Assembly: GCA_951406725.2 (NCBI GenBank)
Contig: OX597823.1
Span: forward strand, 79,174,001 to 79,238,000
Source of the DNA: Octopus vulgaris
Lineage: Eukaryota
Length of the DNA: 64,000 bases
Direction of reading: 5' to 3'
Both the position numbers and the translations under genes were made by a program. Below the pieces are notes generated by a model. That model saw only the letters and a program-made list of their open reading frames with translations. It had not been told where the DNA came from and did not search any database. This document shows, piece after piece, positions 13,876 through 27,405 of this stretch (the stretch's first letter is position 1; each line of letters opens with the position of its first letter).

Positions 13876-13989
13876 GCTAATATTCTGAAGAGACACCTCG
13901 ATCAATCGCTAGATAGATAGATAGTAACAATTGTGCACAAAGTATCTGGTAATTTCGAAAAAATATAAATTATATGCTATGTATAAAGT

Positions 13990-14270
13990 GAAGGCGCGCA
14001 GGCCAGTGGTTAGGATGTTGCACTCAGAACCTAAAGGTCATTTTTTCGATTCCTGTAACAGATGTTGCTTTGAGTTCTTGCACAAAGAAACACTTCATTT
14101 TACGTCGCTTCCGTTCATTCAGCTGGAAATGAGCTCAGCCAATAGATGGGAAGTTAATATGTGACACGTCTGGTGTCACGTACAGGGTAAAGTGTTGTAA
14201 TCTCAGTCCCATTTACGCCATGGAAACTGAATTAAACATTAACCTTATGACATATGAGGTTCGAGACAGA
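13990..14270 (+). mobile_element. SINE family C, degenerate
   Basis: GAAGGCGCGCAGGCCAGTGGTTAGG...TTCGATTCC...ACACTTCATTTTACGT. Confidence 0.65.
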
Positions 14271-14390
14271 TTTATTACCATACCTGTGTAATATGCATTG
14301 ATTTCTATCTTTTATACACAATTATATTGTATGTACAGAGAAAGAAAGCATGGAAGAAAGTTATAAATGTATAACCATGCATACATAGTA

Positions 14391-14457
<67 letters not shown>

Positions 14458-15210
14458 TGTGTGTGTGAGGGAGTCACTGAACGAAAGGAACTTGGGCAAC
14501 AAAATCGAAAATGCAGTGCATCACGAATGAAATGTCTCTTGAGATATTTGTTCTGCATTAAATAACAACTACTCCCGTCACACCCTTGAGAAACAAGGCA
14601 AAGTAGATAATTGGCTTTATGGAAATCTGTAAGCAATGAAACTGATTTGCACCATCTCTGATATGAAGTAAATAAATATCAACAAAAAAAAAACCAACAG
14701 AAATGCAATTATGAAACCGTGTTGTTACAACATAAACATTTAATCATAGAAAGACTCTATTCTCTAACCAGCAATAATACACTCTATGTCATAGAGTAAA
14801 GCTGCATTCTGTTTGGAGACAGGCCAACTAAAAGTGCTGCATATGTGACACATTGCTGAGATTGAAGGTTGAAGGGATTCCAGATTTGAAGCGTTGCCAG
14901 ATATTGAAGCGGTCAACTTATATCCCGATTTTCGTACTTCCTGCAAACTAAGAGCTAAATATATTTTGAAATGTGCATCGTATGATTTGTATGCGCAGTG
15001 CATAGTGTGTTTGTGTGTGCGTATAATTATGCAGGCGTGTATGTATGTATGTACGTATGTATGTATGTATGTATGTATGTATGTATGTATGTATGTATGT
15101 ATGTATGTATGTATGTATGTATGTATGTATGTATTTATGTATATATATATATATAGATAGATATATATACATATATATATATACGTATGTATATGTGTGT
15201 GTGTCAATGC

Positions 15211-15258
<48 letters not shown>

Positions 15259-16813
15259 ATATCGTGAAGTATATTTGCCATTTATATGAGGCTAACCTTT
15301 AAGGGTTGATGATAATGTAGCTTGTAGCCCCGGGAATACATGTCCTCCAGCTGGCTATTGACACGCTATCCGTGCCCTATATATATATATAGAGAGAGAG
15401 AGACATACAGATAGACAGACAGACAGGCAAACAGACGGACCGAGATGGGGAATTAGAGGATAAACAGGAAAATATTTAAAATTGAGTGTTGATTTGTTAC
15501 AGGAGTATAATTCACAAGGGATCGATATAAGTTCAGTTATAAAATAAGTCTGAATTATTGGTATCATCGAATCTAAAGCTACATCGCAACTGTAATCTTG
15601 ACTGCCGATCATTTCCAGGGAAATTCACTATCTACGTATCTATTCCTGAAACAGCTTGTTAAGACTCTGTGCACACATTCCTTCCGTCCTCCTCTCTTCT
15701 CATTCATCTTTAGATTCTACCTACGGTGATCAGCTTTACTTAATACCAACAATTAGGACTTACCGTATAACTGTTCCGGGAGAATACGAGAATGTACCAT
15801 AATCATTTTGAGCATTCATCCACTGATTGTGTATCGACCCCTTCTGCTCTACACTCTAGTAACCACTCAATCTTAATATTTAAATATATAAATGTTATAA
15901 CCTGACCTGATATCAGATGTTTGTCTGCTGACACTTATAGCATTTAATTTCATGACACATTTTACAACAGAAATCATAGTTTAATAGCGTGCACAGCCAA
16001 GACTTTATCCCATAAAATTCATGAGATAGTTCGGTAGTTTGACTAGAACTTCCCGTATGCATAGCCTACAACTATAACCAAATTGAGCATCAAATTTCAG
16101 AATGTGGATGCTTTGTTCACAGCTGCATATTCAACCTGGAATGATTGAATAAGAAAACACGCCACGGTAGAATATGTATTTGATACGTAAAAATTAACCC
16201 ATAAGTTGAAATTTGAACAAGGAATTTCTGTACCAATCATATTAACTTGTTTCCTCTAAATGTTTCCATTAATTGTATGGCATGTCACACCGTTCCTTAT
16301 TGATATTTTGTAGGGCGTCAGACGGTTGACATACACACCTTTGGAAATGAGTATATGGTCCCACTTTTTCCATCTCCAGCTCGTTACTTTCTCCCTGAGG
16401 TCCTTGTGACAGCCCCTCTCCAGTACTTTAGGATTTCGTGTCAATGGCAACCTACTTCAAAAATTATAGAACCTTTCCGTATACGCTTAAACTCAGCTCC
16501 TTCCAAAATTTAGTTCTTCCCAGTTCTTTACATAGATCTGCGGTTCCTTCATTTTGCATTTTATGCTCTCTTTGTACCCTTTATTGTGGTTTCTGTTGAG
16601 GACGTTTCCCAGTGCGCAATTCACCGTTGTACAACTGCTTTGGAATCCTGTTAACTTCCGTACACACAACATTTCAGAAAATCTTTCTTCTTACATATCC
16701 ACATACACACACATACATGCGCACTTAGTACGTACATATATACATACATACATATACACACTTAAATATACACATACACACAAACACAGAGGGACACTCG
16801 TATATCGGTATAA

Positions 16814-16873
<60 letters not shown>

Positions 16874-17280
16874 GCATGTTTACATTTATGTATGCCATAT
16901 GTATATGTAGGTATATACTCCCCATCAAGTCTTGAATTTAAATTATCCCATTATAAAATCAATGGATTTGAATGAATACGTGTAATGTATGTATATATTG
17001 TATTTGAAATATTCGCCTACTTTTTCCACTGCCAGCACTCTCACACTATATGTGTATGTGTTTATTTTCTTCGGTCAGTGACATGATATACATTCATTTA
17101 TCTACCTATTTATCCGAATAAAATTAATTCACAAACTTCATAAAAGTTTTTCCATCACTTACTTTTTCTTTTTGAGATTTCCAAGTACAACGATGTCCAT
17201 ATATATGCGTGTCTAGATTTGTGTGCGTGTGTGTGTGTGCGCGCGTACATCACGACCATCTGGTCCAGCTTACTCGAACA

Positions 17281-17330
<50 letters not shown>

Positions 17331-17362
17331 GTATATATATATATATACATATATATATACAT

Positions 17363-17458
<96 letters not shown>

Positions 17459-18039
17459 TCTGTATATTATACAAGTATACATATTATTTATATATATATA
17501 TATAGTATGTAGTACTGCCAAGAAATTTTAATGATGAAAACTATTGATACAAATGGAATATATTAAGACAATGAAACGGAAATAAAGTCTACTGAGATAT
17601 AGATTTCTGCGGATTGAATATATATGCTTATAAAATACTGTATTTGTATGCTTTGTGTGCGTATGTATACCTGAATAAATGCAAAAGTGTCTGGCGGAGG
17701 CTTTCATTTTGTTTGTACTATGTATAAGTTCTCAAGTCAACATGCTCAAGTCAGAATGATTTATAATCTGTGCATTTAGGACTTGCTCAGTATATTTATT
17801 TGTCACACAGTTCTGAAGAATCATGTTGAACATGTGCGTTGAAGCATTATTTTCCTGTGGTGAATAACGGGGGAAATTTTACCAATAATGGTCGAAATTG
17901 TCGTTTAAAATTGTAAGATGTGTTATAATGAACTACAATGGAACCATTGTTAATTGAAGTAGTAAAATGGTTTTGTTTTTCTGTTTTTCAAAATATATAT
18001 ATATATATATGCATGTATGTATTTATATATGTATATATA

Positions 18040-18190
18040 GGCTTAGTCGTAGGTAGGTGGTAACAAGCTTGCTTCACGATCGCATGGTTCTGGGTTCAGT
18101 CCCACTGCATGGCGCCTTCTTCTATAGCCTTGGTCTGACTAAAGCCTTGTCAGTGGATTTCCTAGTCGGAAACTGAAAGATGCCCGCCTT
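18040..18190 (+). mobile_element. SINE family A, 5' half
   Basis: GGTTCAGTCCCACTGC...AAAGCCTTGT...GGAAACTGAAAGA. Confidence 0.8.
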
Positions 18191-18336
18191 ATATATATAT
18201 ATATATATATATACATACATACATAGATACATACATACATATATGCATGCATGCATGCATGCATGCATACATACATACATACATACATACATACATACAT
18301 ACATACATACATACATACATACATACATACATACAT

Positions 18337-18950
18337 ACAAGGTGAATTCTATAATCTTTAAAGTTTCCAGTGTTTTTCAGGAGCGACATTTAGTAATTTA
18401 AAAGAAGTACAAACTTCAACCTCCTTCGAAGAAGGATCCTCTGACTTCAAAGGGAAGATCTCAGGACACTTGTCACAACCAACTTCATCTTCGAAACAAC
18501 TGCTCTTGAGATTATGCTCCAGCTAAGGGAACTAAGTCTGGACTGTAAGGAGAAGGTGGGGGACAGTTTTGACGCCAGTTTCTGTCAAGTAATTGGTTAC
18601 CACGACGCTGGTCACTAAGCACCCTGGGAATAAATATTTGCACAAATTCTTACTCATTTTCAGGTCTTCAAGAATAATTCTGTGTATATTTGTCAACAAC
18701 TCCAAACTGTGACATACGACGGTTTCCATCAAGAAAATTGCGTACTTTCACAATCAGCTTAGATATTATGACGTCCCTGTCCTTCCCACACTTCTCATCT
18801 ACTCACCCTCCTTCTCAACCGTCCTTCAACTTCCGCCAGCAAAGAACCTGAGCCATAATGAGTGAGGCGCATTTCATAAGTTTCTGTAACATTTTACTAC
18901 AGTAAATTCTATTGCATAGCGAGCATCCAAACGTCTGGACTGCATTCTGC
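18337..18950 (-). mobile_element. Highly decayed Tc1/mariner remnant
   Basis: TIR-like (TA)CAAGGTG start; minus strand encodes PPSPYSPDLVPL near 18525-18560. Right boundary approximate. Confidence 0.45.
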
Positions 18951-19059
18951 CAACAAGCCAACCGTGACAAAGTAGTTGTTTGTAGGGTGTGTTAAGAGCG
19001 CAAAAGAGCCACCTCCTTCAATCTGGAATAACAAAGCTGGTTGGTCAGCTTATTAGATA

Positions 19060-20040
19060 CTAGCAACATAGCCCGGCGTTGCCCGGGTATGTAAGAGCCC
19101 CTAGAAGGCAACGACTAATCCCAATCTAGTCCTTTCCCTCTAGAGAACGAAGGCGCATGTGTAGGTTGCAATGTCTTCTCTTCACTCCCAAATAACTATC
19201 AAACAGCTATCGATAATTCAACCCAACCAATTCCTACCAGGAAGAAATTACATTCGAGACTTTACCTCCAACACCGCTACTTCTGCTAATTGCTGCTGCA
19301 GCCGCAAGTTATTCGAATACTTTTTTCTGTTTAAACTTTCTTTATAACTACCACCCCAAATGTTTTACCTTAAATTTTTGACGTACCCTAAGGGTCCTCG
19401 GACGCTACTTGCAAACTCTTGGTTTATTATAAACCGCTTTTGTCGTGTGCACCAAAAAACATTTTCCATTCGTTTGTTCAGTTTGGTCACTTTTGACTTT
19501 TTCGTTGTTGTCACTCACATTGCTGCCCGCTTTTTTGCCGTTTTTGTACATTTTTATACATTTTGGGATACTTTGGCAAACCCAGGAGAGCTATAATTGC
19601 CTTATCTAAAGTCTCAAAACATCTGGAATAGCTGCAACTTGAGACACGGAACTTGTACACTAAAGTAAAATATATATTTTCAAAATTTCTTGTTGTAAAT
19701 TATATAACTTACTCAAGAACCGAAAGTTTGGTGCGTTGCAATATCAATATATCAAATGCACGAAATTCTCAGCCTTTGAGTAAATTACCTTGCTTCACAA
19801 CTAAGTGTTTTATGCTTACTAATAAATACGAATGTCTGTGCCGTGTCTGTATAGGTTTTGGCTTATAAACCCGAAGTCAGCGGGATCTACGCCCACAAAT
19901 GGTATACATTCGCAATCCCGTCAGTCCCAAATGTACTTGCGCTATTTTGATTTCATGGGCCGCGACGCCACTTTGCTCTCTTTCTCTCTCTCCCCTTTTC
20001 TCTCACTCTGCTCATTACCTCTCTCTCTCCCTTCTCTCTC
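19060..20040 (-). mobile_element. Non-autonomous Helitron (5' boundary uncertain)
   Basis: CTAG at 19060-19063 preceded by A, then hairpin CCCGGCGTTGCCCGGG, the reverse-strand Helitron 3' terminus. Confidence 0.55.
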
Positions 20041-20046
20041 TCACAC

Positions 20047-20095
<49 letters not shown>

Positions 20096-20137
20096 TATAC
20101 ATATATATATGCGTGTGCGTATATATACTTATATATA

Positions 20138-20184
<47 letters not shown>

Positions 20185-20264
20185 ATATATATATACATAT
20201 ATAAAACAATATATATGCATATATGTATATTTTTATATAAAAATAATATATATACATATATGTA

Positions 20265-20336
<72 letters not shown>

Positions 20337-20342
20337 TGTAAG

Positions 20343-20373
<31 letters not shown>

Positions 20374-20891
20374 ACACCTACACACAGACACACCGATATA
20401 CACACACATGTATGTCCGGTTCTCGTTGGTTAAAGCCGCGCACGTGATGTGATTAGTTTCTGGATACGGAACACCACTCTACTCGAGCAAATATAATTTG
20501 CTACCGGCAATGGAGTCCCTGGTCATTGTTGTTAAAAACAGTAACTCATCGATTTTATTCTGATCCGCCTAAAACCGATGCTTTCGAAATGCATTGCACG
20601 GGCAACGGAAAATTTCCCAAGCTGATCTCTTGTCTGTGCTGACAGTTAGACAATGTTTTTAGTTTCCCATAAAGAATTAACATATGCTTGAGGATATGAA
20701 ATTTATCAAAACTTTAAAAAAACCTATAAAACCTCGGTCTGTTAAATTGCAAAATGGTGTAAGAGTTTTATTTATATCAAATCTCCCTGTCCTGCAAGAG
20801 ACTAAATATTCGACGAAATGCAGTTAGTTTATTATAAAATTACACACACACACACATATATATATATATGCATATACATACATATATATAT

Positions 20892-21055
20892 AGGACGGGC
20901 TTCTTTCAGTTTCCGTCAACTAAATCCACTCACAAGACTCTGGTCGGCCCGAGGCTCTAGTAGAAGACACTTTCACAAGGTGCCACGCAGTGGGACTGAA
21001 CCCGGAACCATGTTGTTGGTAAGCAAGCTATTTACCACACACCCACTCCTACGCT
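20892..21055 (-). mobile_element. SINE family A, 5' half
   Basis: Reverse complement of the family A head and core. Confidence 0.85.
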
Positions 21056-21183
21056 TACAAAATATTTTTTTAATTTTGTACAAGGCCAGCAATTTTTCAG
21101 AGAAGAAGCAAATCGATTACATTGACCCAGTACTTGACAGGTGCCTATTTAATTGAATAAGTGACAGCCCACCACCTTATAAA

Positions 21184-21695
21184 TCTATATATATAAAACT
21201 GTAGTTGTGTGAGTGTCTGTCCCCTTCGATTTAGATTCCTAACTACTCCCACATTTTGCGGTGCAGTTTAACCAAATTCGGATATCTTATAGTCGTGATT
21301 CATATCAAGCCCGTCTGAGTATTAGCGCGCGTCTTCTCTGAGTCTACGATTTTAAAAATAATTTAACATCATTTTTTATTCCATTTTAATGCATAATTTT
21401 TCGTGTGTTGATGGCGGCGGAGTTGGCGTCCATGGTCACACCTGCACCTGTTTGCTTCTCCCCTTCTTCCCTCCCTCGTGAAGCTGTGGGGAAGGGAGTG
21501 TAAGGAAATCAACGTCGTAAAGCGTTGTCAAGGAGACCAGCGTTCTTTTAGAACAACGACTTCATGGCTTGAAGACACCAAAACAGAAATGGCTAAGAAA
21601 GCCCGAATTGGCATCTATAAGGGAAGTAACTCTCTAAAAATGCTTATATAGTTATTTCCCTTACAAACCCGAGCAACGCCGGGCGATACTGCTAG
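21184..21695 (+). mobile_element. Non-autonomous Helitron
   Basis: Inserted between A and T; 5' TCTATATATATAAAA; 3' hairpin CCCGAGCAACGCCGGG followed by CGATACTGCTAG. Confidence 0.8.
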
Positions 21696-21896
21696 TCATT
21701 TATAAATATTATCACTGAATTTTACTTAACCGCTTTATTGATTACGTCCCTATTCAGCGCTATCAGGTCGATCACTATTAAGCGTTATTACAATCTCGTA
21801 TAAATTGGATGAAGGTGATATATGAAAGAAATGTGAAATTTCTGTAGTCTTTGATCTGAATATAAGCATATACCAAAAGTGTTCGAAATTATTCTA

Positions 21897-22461
21897 TTTG
21901 GTTATCCGGAAAGTTCGTGCCGATTTTTAACGAAGAGAAAAATGTAAATAAATACTTGCATTACATTTTTAATCAACCAAATATAAACCGGTTTGTTGCA
22001 CAATGCGTCTCCGTCTTTCCTTTAACTTGAAAATACCCTCTTTCCAGAATTGAGGTGGTTTCATGGCAAAGAATTCATCAAGGTATCGTCTTACGTCATC
22101 CAAGGAATTGAAAATTTTACCATTTAGACTATTCTGCAGAGACCTGAATAAGGGGAAATTCGAAGGAGCAATATCTGGTGAATATGGAGGGTGGGGTAAC
22201 ACATCCCAGCCGAGTTGTAGCAATTTTTGTCTGATTCCCAAAGCATCAAGTTCCGAAAAAGAACTTTCTTATCTTCCATTTTAAAGTGTTACAGAATTAA
22301 TATATGTCATAGGAACATAAACATTCTTCCACGAAAAGATAGCTTAAACTGTGCTCTAAATGGGGGTGTTGTCAAATCCTATTTTATGGGCTTAACCATG
22401 TTCTAAAATAAGTCAAAATGTAAGCTACTATAAATCGGCACGAACTTTCCGGACAACCCAA
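21897..22461 (-). mobile_element. Internally deleted mariner element, same family as 11316-11897
   Basis: Same TIRs and TA flanks; ORF 21969-22241 reads LGWDVLPHPPYSPDIAPSNFPLFRSLQNSL, the mariner transposase C-terminus. Confidence 0.92.
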
Positions 22462-22599
22462 TAGTATGATTTATTTTTAATGTTCAGAATTCTTCTAATT
22501 GCACGATATACTTTCCAATGATGGATTTCGAAAGTAGTCAGTTAAACAGATTCCAATAATTACATTAATGATTGCATGATTGTTTTGAAGAGGGTATTC

Positions 22600-23100
22600 G
22601 TAGCATTTTAAGTGTGTGGCCTATGTTGAACACACAGGCGTACTTGGCATTAATATTGAGTGAGGTGAAGTGCTTAAGGAATTTCCACGTAAGTGTAAAA
22701 TGTTTTATTAGAGTTAGAATGAATATGGATTAGTTGCCGGTAGCTTCCAAATTTTGTTCCTGATATAGTAAACACCTTTCATCCCTAGGTTCTATTGTCT
22801 TATGTGGTTGGTTGAGTTTTATCATTATGAACTAGATTTTCACGTAATTCACTCTTATCTAACATATCCATTATAAGAGATGTTATTGAAGATAAATCGT
22901 ATTCAAAAATGTATCCGAGAGACATCATTCTTTCAACCAGAGATTCATAATTATGATTTGTGGGTGGTTGGAATGTTTCTAGATGTAATTTATTGCCATT
23001 GTTTGGGCTTCTGTAGAAGTAATGTTAAACTCTTATTTAATTTAGTGCTATGTCTAAGGAGTTAACTATATTAGGGGTTTGTGTTTAGCTCCATGTCAAT
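22600..23100 (-). mobile_element. Old decayed Penelope-like RT remnant (different lineage from the neighbouring element)
   Basis: Broken frames NPNIVNSLDIALN and KHSNHPQII correspond to PLE motifs VNFLDVTLNL and HSNHPP. Confidence 0.55.
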
Positions 23101-23195
23101 CGGGTTGTATCAGGCTTATAATCGAATTGAAAATATAATCACACATGCACCCATTTATAAATACATAAATATACATTTAACACACACACACACAC

Positions 23196-23226
<31 letters not shown>

Positions 23227-23314
23227 AGGAAAATTTTTTTTAAAAATGCAGAATGCTCAAATGAAAGAAATTTTTAATAAAATGAGAAATTGATAAAATA
23301 TATAAATATATATT

Positions 23315-23355
23315 TATTCAACCGGTTTTCGTCATTGTATGACTTGTCAAGAATA
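23315..23355 (-). ncRNA. Minimal type I hammerhead ribozyme-like motif in the Penelope 3' pseudo-LTR (U3-A8 variant)
   Basis: Minus strand: UAUUC-UUGACAA-GUCAU-aca-AUGAC-GAAAA-CCGGUU-GAAUA. Stems I and II pair; stem III is palindromic (AACCGGUU); one extra A in the GAAA segment. Confidence 0.65.
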
Positions 23356-23977
23356 TTTATGTTTTAAAAGGTTTTTTTAAAAATTAGAAAGGGGAAAAAA
23401 AGAAAATTGCATTGTTTTTTGCAAAAGAATAATGATAAAAATGTACAAAAATTAAAAAATAATTACTCCGATACATTGTGAGTTCGTTGTGTATCTTGAG
23501 TTTTATGATTGTTCACGAAAAAATTACCTTGAAGTATTAAGATCCAAAGGGATTAAGAGCATGTGTTGTGTGGTTTAATTCAGCATGTTTGCAGGACAGG
23601 AAGTAGTAGTAATTGTGGATCTTCAGTTCCTGTGTTGTGAGTAGGGGGAGACAACTCTTTTAAGTTCTTCAATAAAACCCAAATTATAAAATTATCATTT
23701 TAGCTTCATTTGCGTTATCTTTTTTATATAATTGCTTGTTAACTTAACTTTCAGATTTTAACACTTTATTTATATTATTTTCTAATTATATAAATCTGCA
23801 TAGACAATTGCATTTCAAATTGTCGTATCATTTATAATAAAAATGATAGTAATAACAACAATAGTAAAAATGGTATTTAAAGAATATAAGTTTTAGCTTG
23901 AAGTGATGAATGCATGGTATCTTTATATATTTGTGTTAGTCCATCCATGAAGAGTGAGGTAGAGAAAGGAAGTTTGA

Positions 23978-26077
23978 TCAACGAGGAGTTTGCATATTAA
24001 GTTGTGTTTGGAATTTTTCAATAAAGAGATTCTCCTTGTTAATTCTCTCCTGTGCGGTGATCCCGTCTTTACATTGGTAGAAGGGGAATATATAGAATTT
24101 GGGGTTTAAGTCTTTAGCACATGAGTCTAAGTGGTCACTCAGTGGAATTTGTCGGTATTCCGGGAGATTTATTTGTTCTTTATGCACCGTTACTCGTTTA
24201 CGTAACGGGAGACTCGTTTGTCCAACATAATTATGTTGGCAACCAGCGCATGTGAGAACGTAGATAAGGTTCTCGGAGGAACCGGAGAAGTTAGTCTTGA
24301 TTTTAAACTTCGTACCTTGTTTGAAGGTAAATTCAGAGCCTTCAAGTAGAAAGGGGCAGGTACCACAGTTTGAGCGTGCACATTTTTTTACTGTTGGGGG
24401 TGGATGTGGTGTGTGAAGTTTGGCATTTGTCAAGAGTTTTTTTAAAGATTTGTGTTGCCTTTTACATTTGAGGATTTTGTGTGTATTTATAATGTTTTTC
24501 ATTTTTGGATCTGTTGACAGTAGACTGAGGTTTTGTATGATTGTGGTGTATGCTTCGATATTTTTGGGGTTGTGGGTGGAAATGTATGGAAGTATTTTGA
24601 GGTTGTGTGTGGTGTTAGGTTGGGTGGTTTTCAGTGTAGTGTTGTCTAGTTCTTTGGCGCGTTTTATTCCATACTCTATAAGGGTGGAGGGATATTGACG
24701 TTGTAATAGTGTTTTTTTGAGGTCTTGAAGGCGTATTTTTCGTGTTTTTGGATCCGAGACAATGGTGCATACCCTTTTAGCTAAATTGAAAGGGATATTT
24801 GTCTTGGTGTGTTTTGGGTGGCATGAACTAAAGAGGAGGTATTGTTGTGAGTCTGTAGGTTTGTGGTAGATGTCTGTTATGATTTGGTTCTTAGGTGTTT
24901 TTATAATTAGGAGATCAAGGAATGGGAGATGATGTTTGCTTAATTCCATAGTGAATTGGATGTTGGGATGTATGTTGTTTAGTATGGTTTTGAATTCCAG
25001 GAGTTTTTCATAAGGTTCTTTCCATATGATGAAACAATCATCTAAATACCTTTTCCAGTTTTCCATTAGGTAGGTGTGGAAAACATGTCCAAATTTCTGG
25101 CTTGATATTTCATAGAGTGACAGTTCGAAGTAACCCATTATGAGGTTCGCAAGGACTGGTGCAGCCTTGGTACCCATCGCAATGCCACATTTTTGACGGT
25201 AGTGTGTGTCGTCGAAGAGAAAAAAATTGTTTGACAGAATGAACTTGAGAGATTCTGTAATAAAAGACTTGTTAATGCGGTCAGGGAATGTCTCTGGGTG
25301 TTTTTCTAGCCAGAAGTCAATTGCCTCTATACCATACTCATGTGGGATGTTGGTGTAGAGGTTGATGACATCAAAGGATACCAGGAGTGCCTCCTCGTTA
25401 ACTGTTTTCGGGAGGTGTTTGAGCATGTCCAGATCATCCCTAATGAAACTTTTGATGTGGGTAAGGAAAGGTTTCAAAAGGATGTCTAGGAAGTTACTCA
25501 GGCGGTGTGTTTCACAGGAGGTACCAGCCACGATGGGCCTTAGTTTTAGGTCCTCCGGTGCTTTGATGTTGATGTGGATGTCAGTGGAGAGTTTGCAGGC
25601 TTCGGTGATGTATTTGTTTTTATGGATTTTAGGAAGGCCATAAAAAAGGCTGGGCTTGCATTTGAAAATGGTGATATAATCCCTTTCTTTTTCTGTGAGT
25701 CCCTGACCGTGTTGGTGTATGAGTGTGGTGAGGTTTCTGATTCTTTTTTGCTGTTTGTAGTTGTTAATAACCTCATAGAAAATGTTATTGTTAAGCATGG
25801 AAAACACTAGGTGTTTATAAAATTCCGTGTCCATAAGGACCACAGCACTCTCTTTATCCGCTTCTTTGATGGTGAGGTTTTTATCCAGTTGTATGTCTCG
25901 TAGGTTTTCCCATTCTTCCTTACTGAAATTGGATTTTACCTTGGTTTTGCTTGGGGTAAAGGGGAGACTCTGGATGTGTTTGCAGAAATCGTCCAGTGTT
26001 TTATTTCTCCCTTTTGGTGGTAGGAAGTTGCTTTTATTTCTGATCAATGAATCGTCCCCATTGTTGATATCTGTCAA
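23978..26077 (-). CDS. Penelope-type reverse transcriptase with C-terminal GIY-YIG endonuclease (699 aa open frame; true N-terminus lies upstream across a frameshift)
   Basis: RT motifs YGLPKIHK, LRPIV, SFDVINLYTNIP, QKCGIAMGTKAAP, RYLDDCF, LPFLDL, YHKPT; Cys linker CARSNCGTC (Neptune-like); GIY-YIG motif LIYVLTCAGCQHNYVGQT. Upstream frames read FCRKLRL and, after a 1-bp shift near 26135, INILARGLKFTPTP. Confidence 0.95.
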   Translation of the reverse strand: MTDINNGDDSLIRNKSNFLPPKGRNKTLDDFCKHIQSLPFTPSKTKVKSNFSKEEWENLRDIQLDKNLTIKEADKESAVVLMDTEFYKHLVFSMLNNNIFYEVINNYKQQKRIRNLTTLIHQHGQGLTEKERDYITIFKCKPSLFYGLPKIHKNKYITEACKLSTDIHINIKAPEDLKLRPIVAGTSCETHRLSNFLDILLKPFLTHIKSFIRDDLDMLKHLPKTVNEEALLVSFDVINLYTNIPHEYGIEAIDFWLEKHPETFPDRINKSFITESLKFILSNNFFLFDDTHYRQKCGIAMGTKAAPVLANLIMGYFELSLYEISSQKFGHVFHTYLMENWKRYLDDCFIIWKEPYEKLLEFKTILNNIHPNIQFTMELSKHHLPFLDLLIIKTPKNQIITDIYHKPTDSQQYLLFSSCHPKHTKTNIPFNLAKRVCTIVSDPKTRKIRLQDLKKTLLQRQYPSTLIEYGIKRAKELDNTTLKTTQPNTTHNLKILPYISTHNPKNIEAYTTIIQNLSLLSTDPKMKNIINTHKILKCKRQHKSLKKLLTNAKLHTPHPPPTVKKCARSNCGTCPFLLEGSEFTFKQGTKFKIKTNFSGSSENLIYVLTCAGCQHNYVGQTSLPLRKRVTVHKEQINLPEYRQIPLSDHLDSCAKDLNPKFYIFPFYQCKDGITAQERINKENLFIEKFQTQLNMQTPR

Positions 26078-27347
26078 AGCTTCTGTTAGGCGAAGTTTTC
26101 TGCAGAATTCAGAAACGTCATCCTTGACCTCCGGGGGTTGGGTGTTCTTGGGGTGGGTGTGAATTTCAAACCTCTTGCTAGGATGTTGATTTGGGTTGGT
26201 GTCAGTGTTTTGCTGGAGAGGTTTATAATTTTTGTTTTCTTATTTTGGGTCTGTGTTAGCGGTGGTGTTTGTATTTTTCCCCTCTGTCTAAAAAATGGTT
26301 GTTGAGGTAAGGGGTGTATTCTTTGTTAAAGTTCTGGTTGTATGTGTAGGAGTGTTTTTGGGTGGGGAGGTTGGAGGGGGGTAGGTAGTTGTGGTATTTA
26401 TGTTGGCATGGGATGCGATGGTGTAAGGATTTGTGAGAAATGCGATGGGTTTTTGGGTGTGTCTGGTAGATTGTATGGGGGGATGTAGGGGGGTATGTAG
26501 TTGTGGTGATTGGGTTCGTGTGGGATGTGAGGGTTTGGAGATCTGTAGGAAATGTGGTAGGAATGTGGTTGTTGGATGGGTGGACTATAGGGGGTTCGTT
26601 GGGTGGGTATTATATGTATCGGTGTGGGTAGGATGCCTTGTTTGTTATTAGTGTGAGGGAGAGGAGCCTTGAGGGGGGGATAATTTCTAGTGTATGGGAG
26701 GTTCTTGAAGGTTCTAATCGGTGGGGGAGGGGTGTTAGAGTGATTGGAAGACCAGGTCTTGTTTGAGATGTTTCGGGGGGAAAAGCTTTTTTATATGGTT
26801 GGGGGAGGTTGTGTCCTGTTAGGAGGGGGTTTGGAGAGTATGTGTATTTGAGGTGTGGTTTGGAATGGTGTTTATGGGGTACAGTGGAAGTCTGTGTTGT
26901 GGGTACTTTTATGAATGGGTTTTTGGATTTATGGTTTAATATGAATTGTGTTTCATAGTTGAGGAAGAAATCTTTGTTGTTTTCCCAGCGTTTAAGGGAG
27001 GTTCGTTCTTCCTTTTCACATTCATCTTTCCATAGTTTAATAACAAGTTCGAGGGGCTGTTCGTTGGTGTGTGAGGTTAGTTCTAGAAGTATCTCATCGT
27101 CTATTTTTGTGTATTTTTGTTCGTGGTTTTGTGCTCTGAGTTTTAGAAGTTCTAAAAAAAGAAGTTAAAAAACCTTTTAAAACATAAATGACGAAAACCG
27201 GTTGAATAAATTTATATATTTATATATTTTATCAATTTCTCATTTTATAAAAAATTTTTTTCATTTGAGCATTCTGCATTTTAAAAAAAAAATGTCCTTA
27301 CTTATCATTTCTCCACGTGCGGTCAACACAACCCCACCATTTATTGA

Positions 27348-27405
<58 letters not shown>

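Larger units (their letters stand above)
23225..27349 (-). mobile_element. Penelope-like retroelement (probably Neptune clade), near full length, inserted in (TA)n, with inverted pseudo-LTR at its 5' end
   Basis: Contains the RT+GIY-YIG ORF; (TA)n tracts on both sides; 23225-23380 is repeated in inverted orientation at 27165-27300, the typical PLE 5' inversion. Confidence 0.93.

Noticed and set aside
14764-14941. Possible minus-strand exon after acceptor-like TTTGCAG
   Set aside because: Peptide not recognisable and no supporting partner exons visible.
16256-16630. Possible decayed LINE fragment (WRWKKWDHIL)
   Set aside because: Only one weak motif; insufficient to classify.
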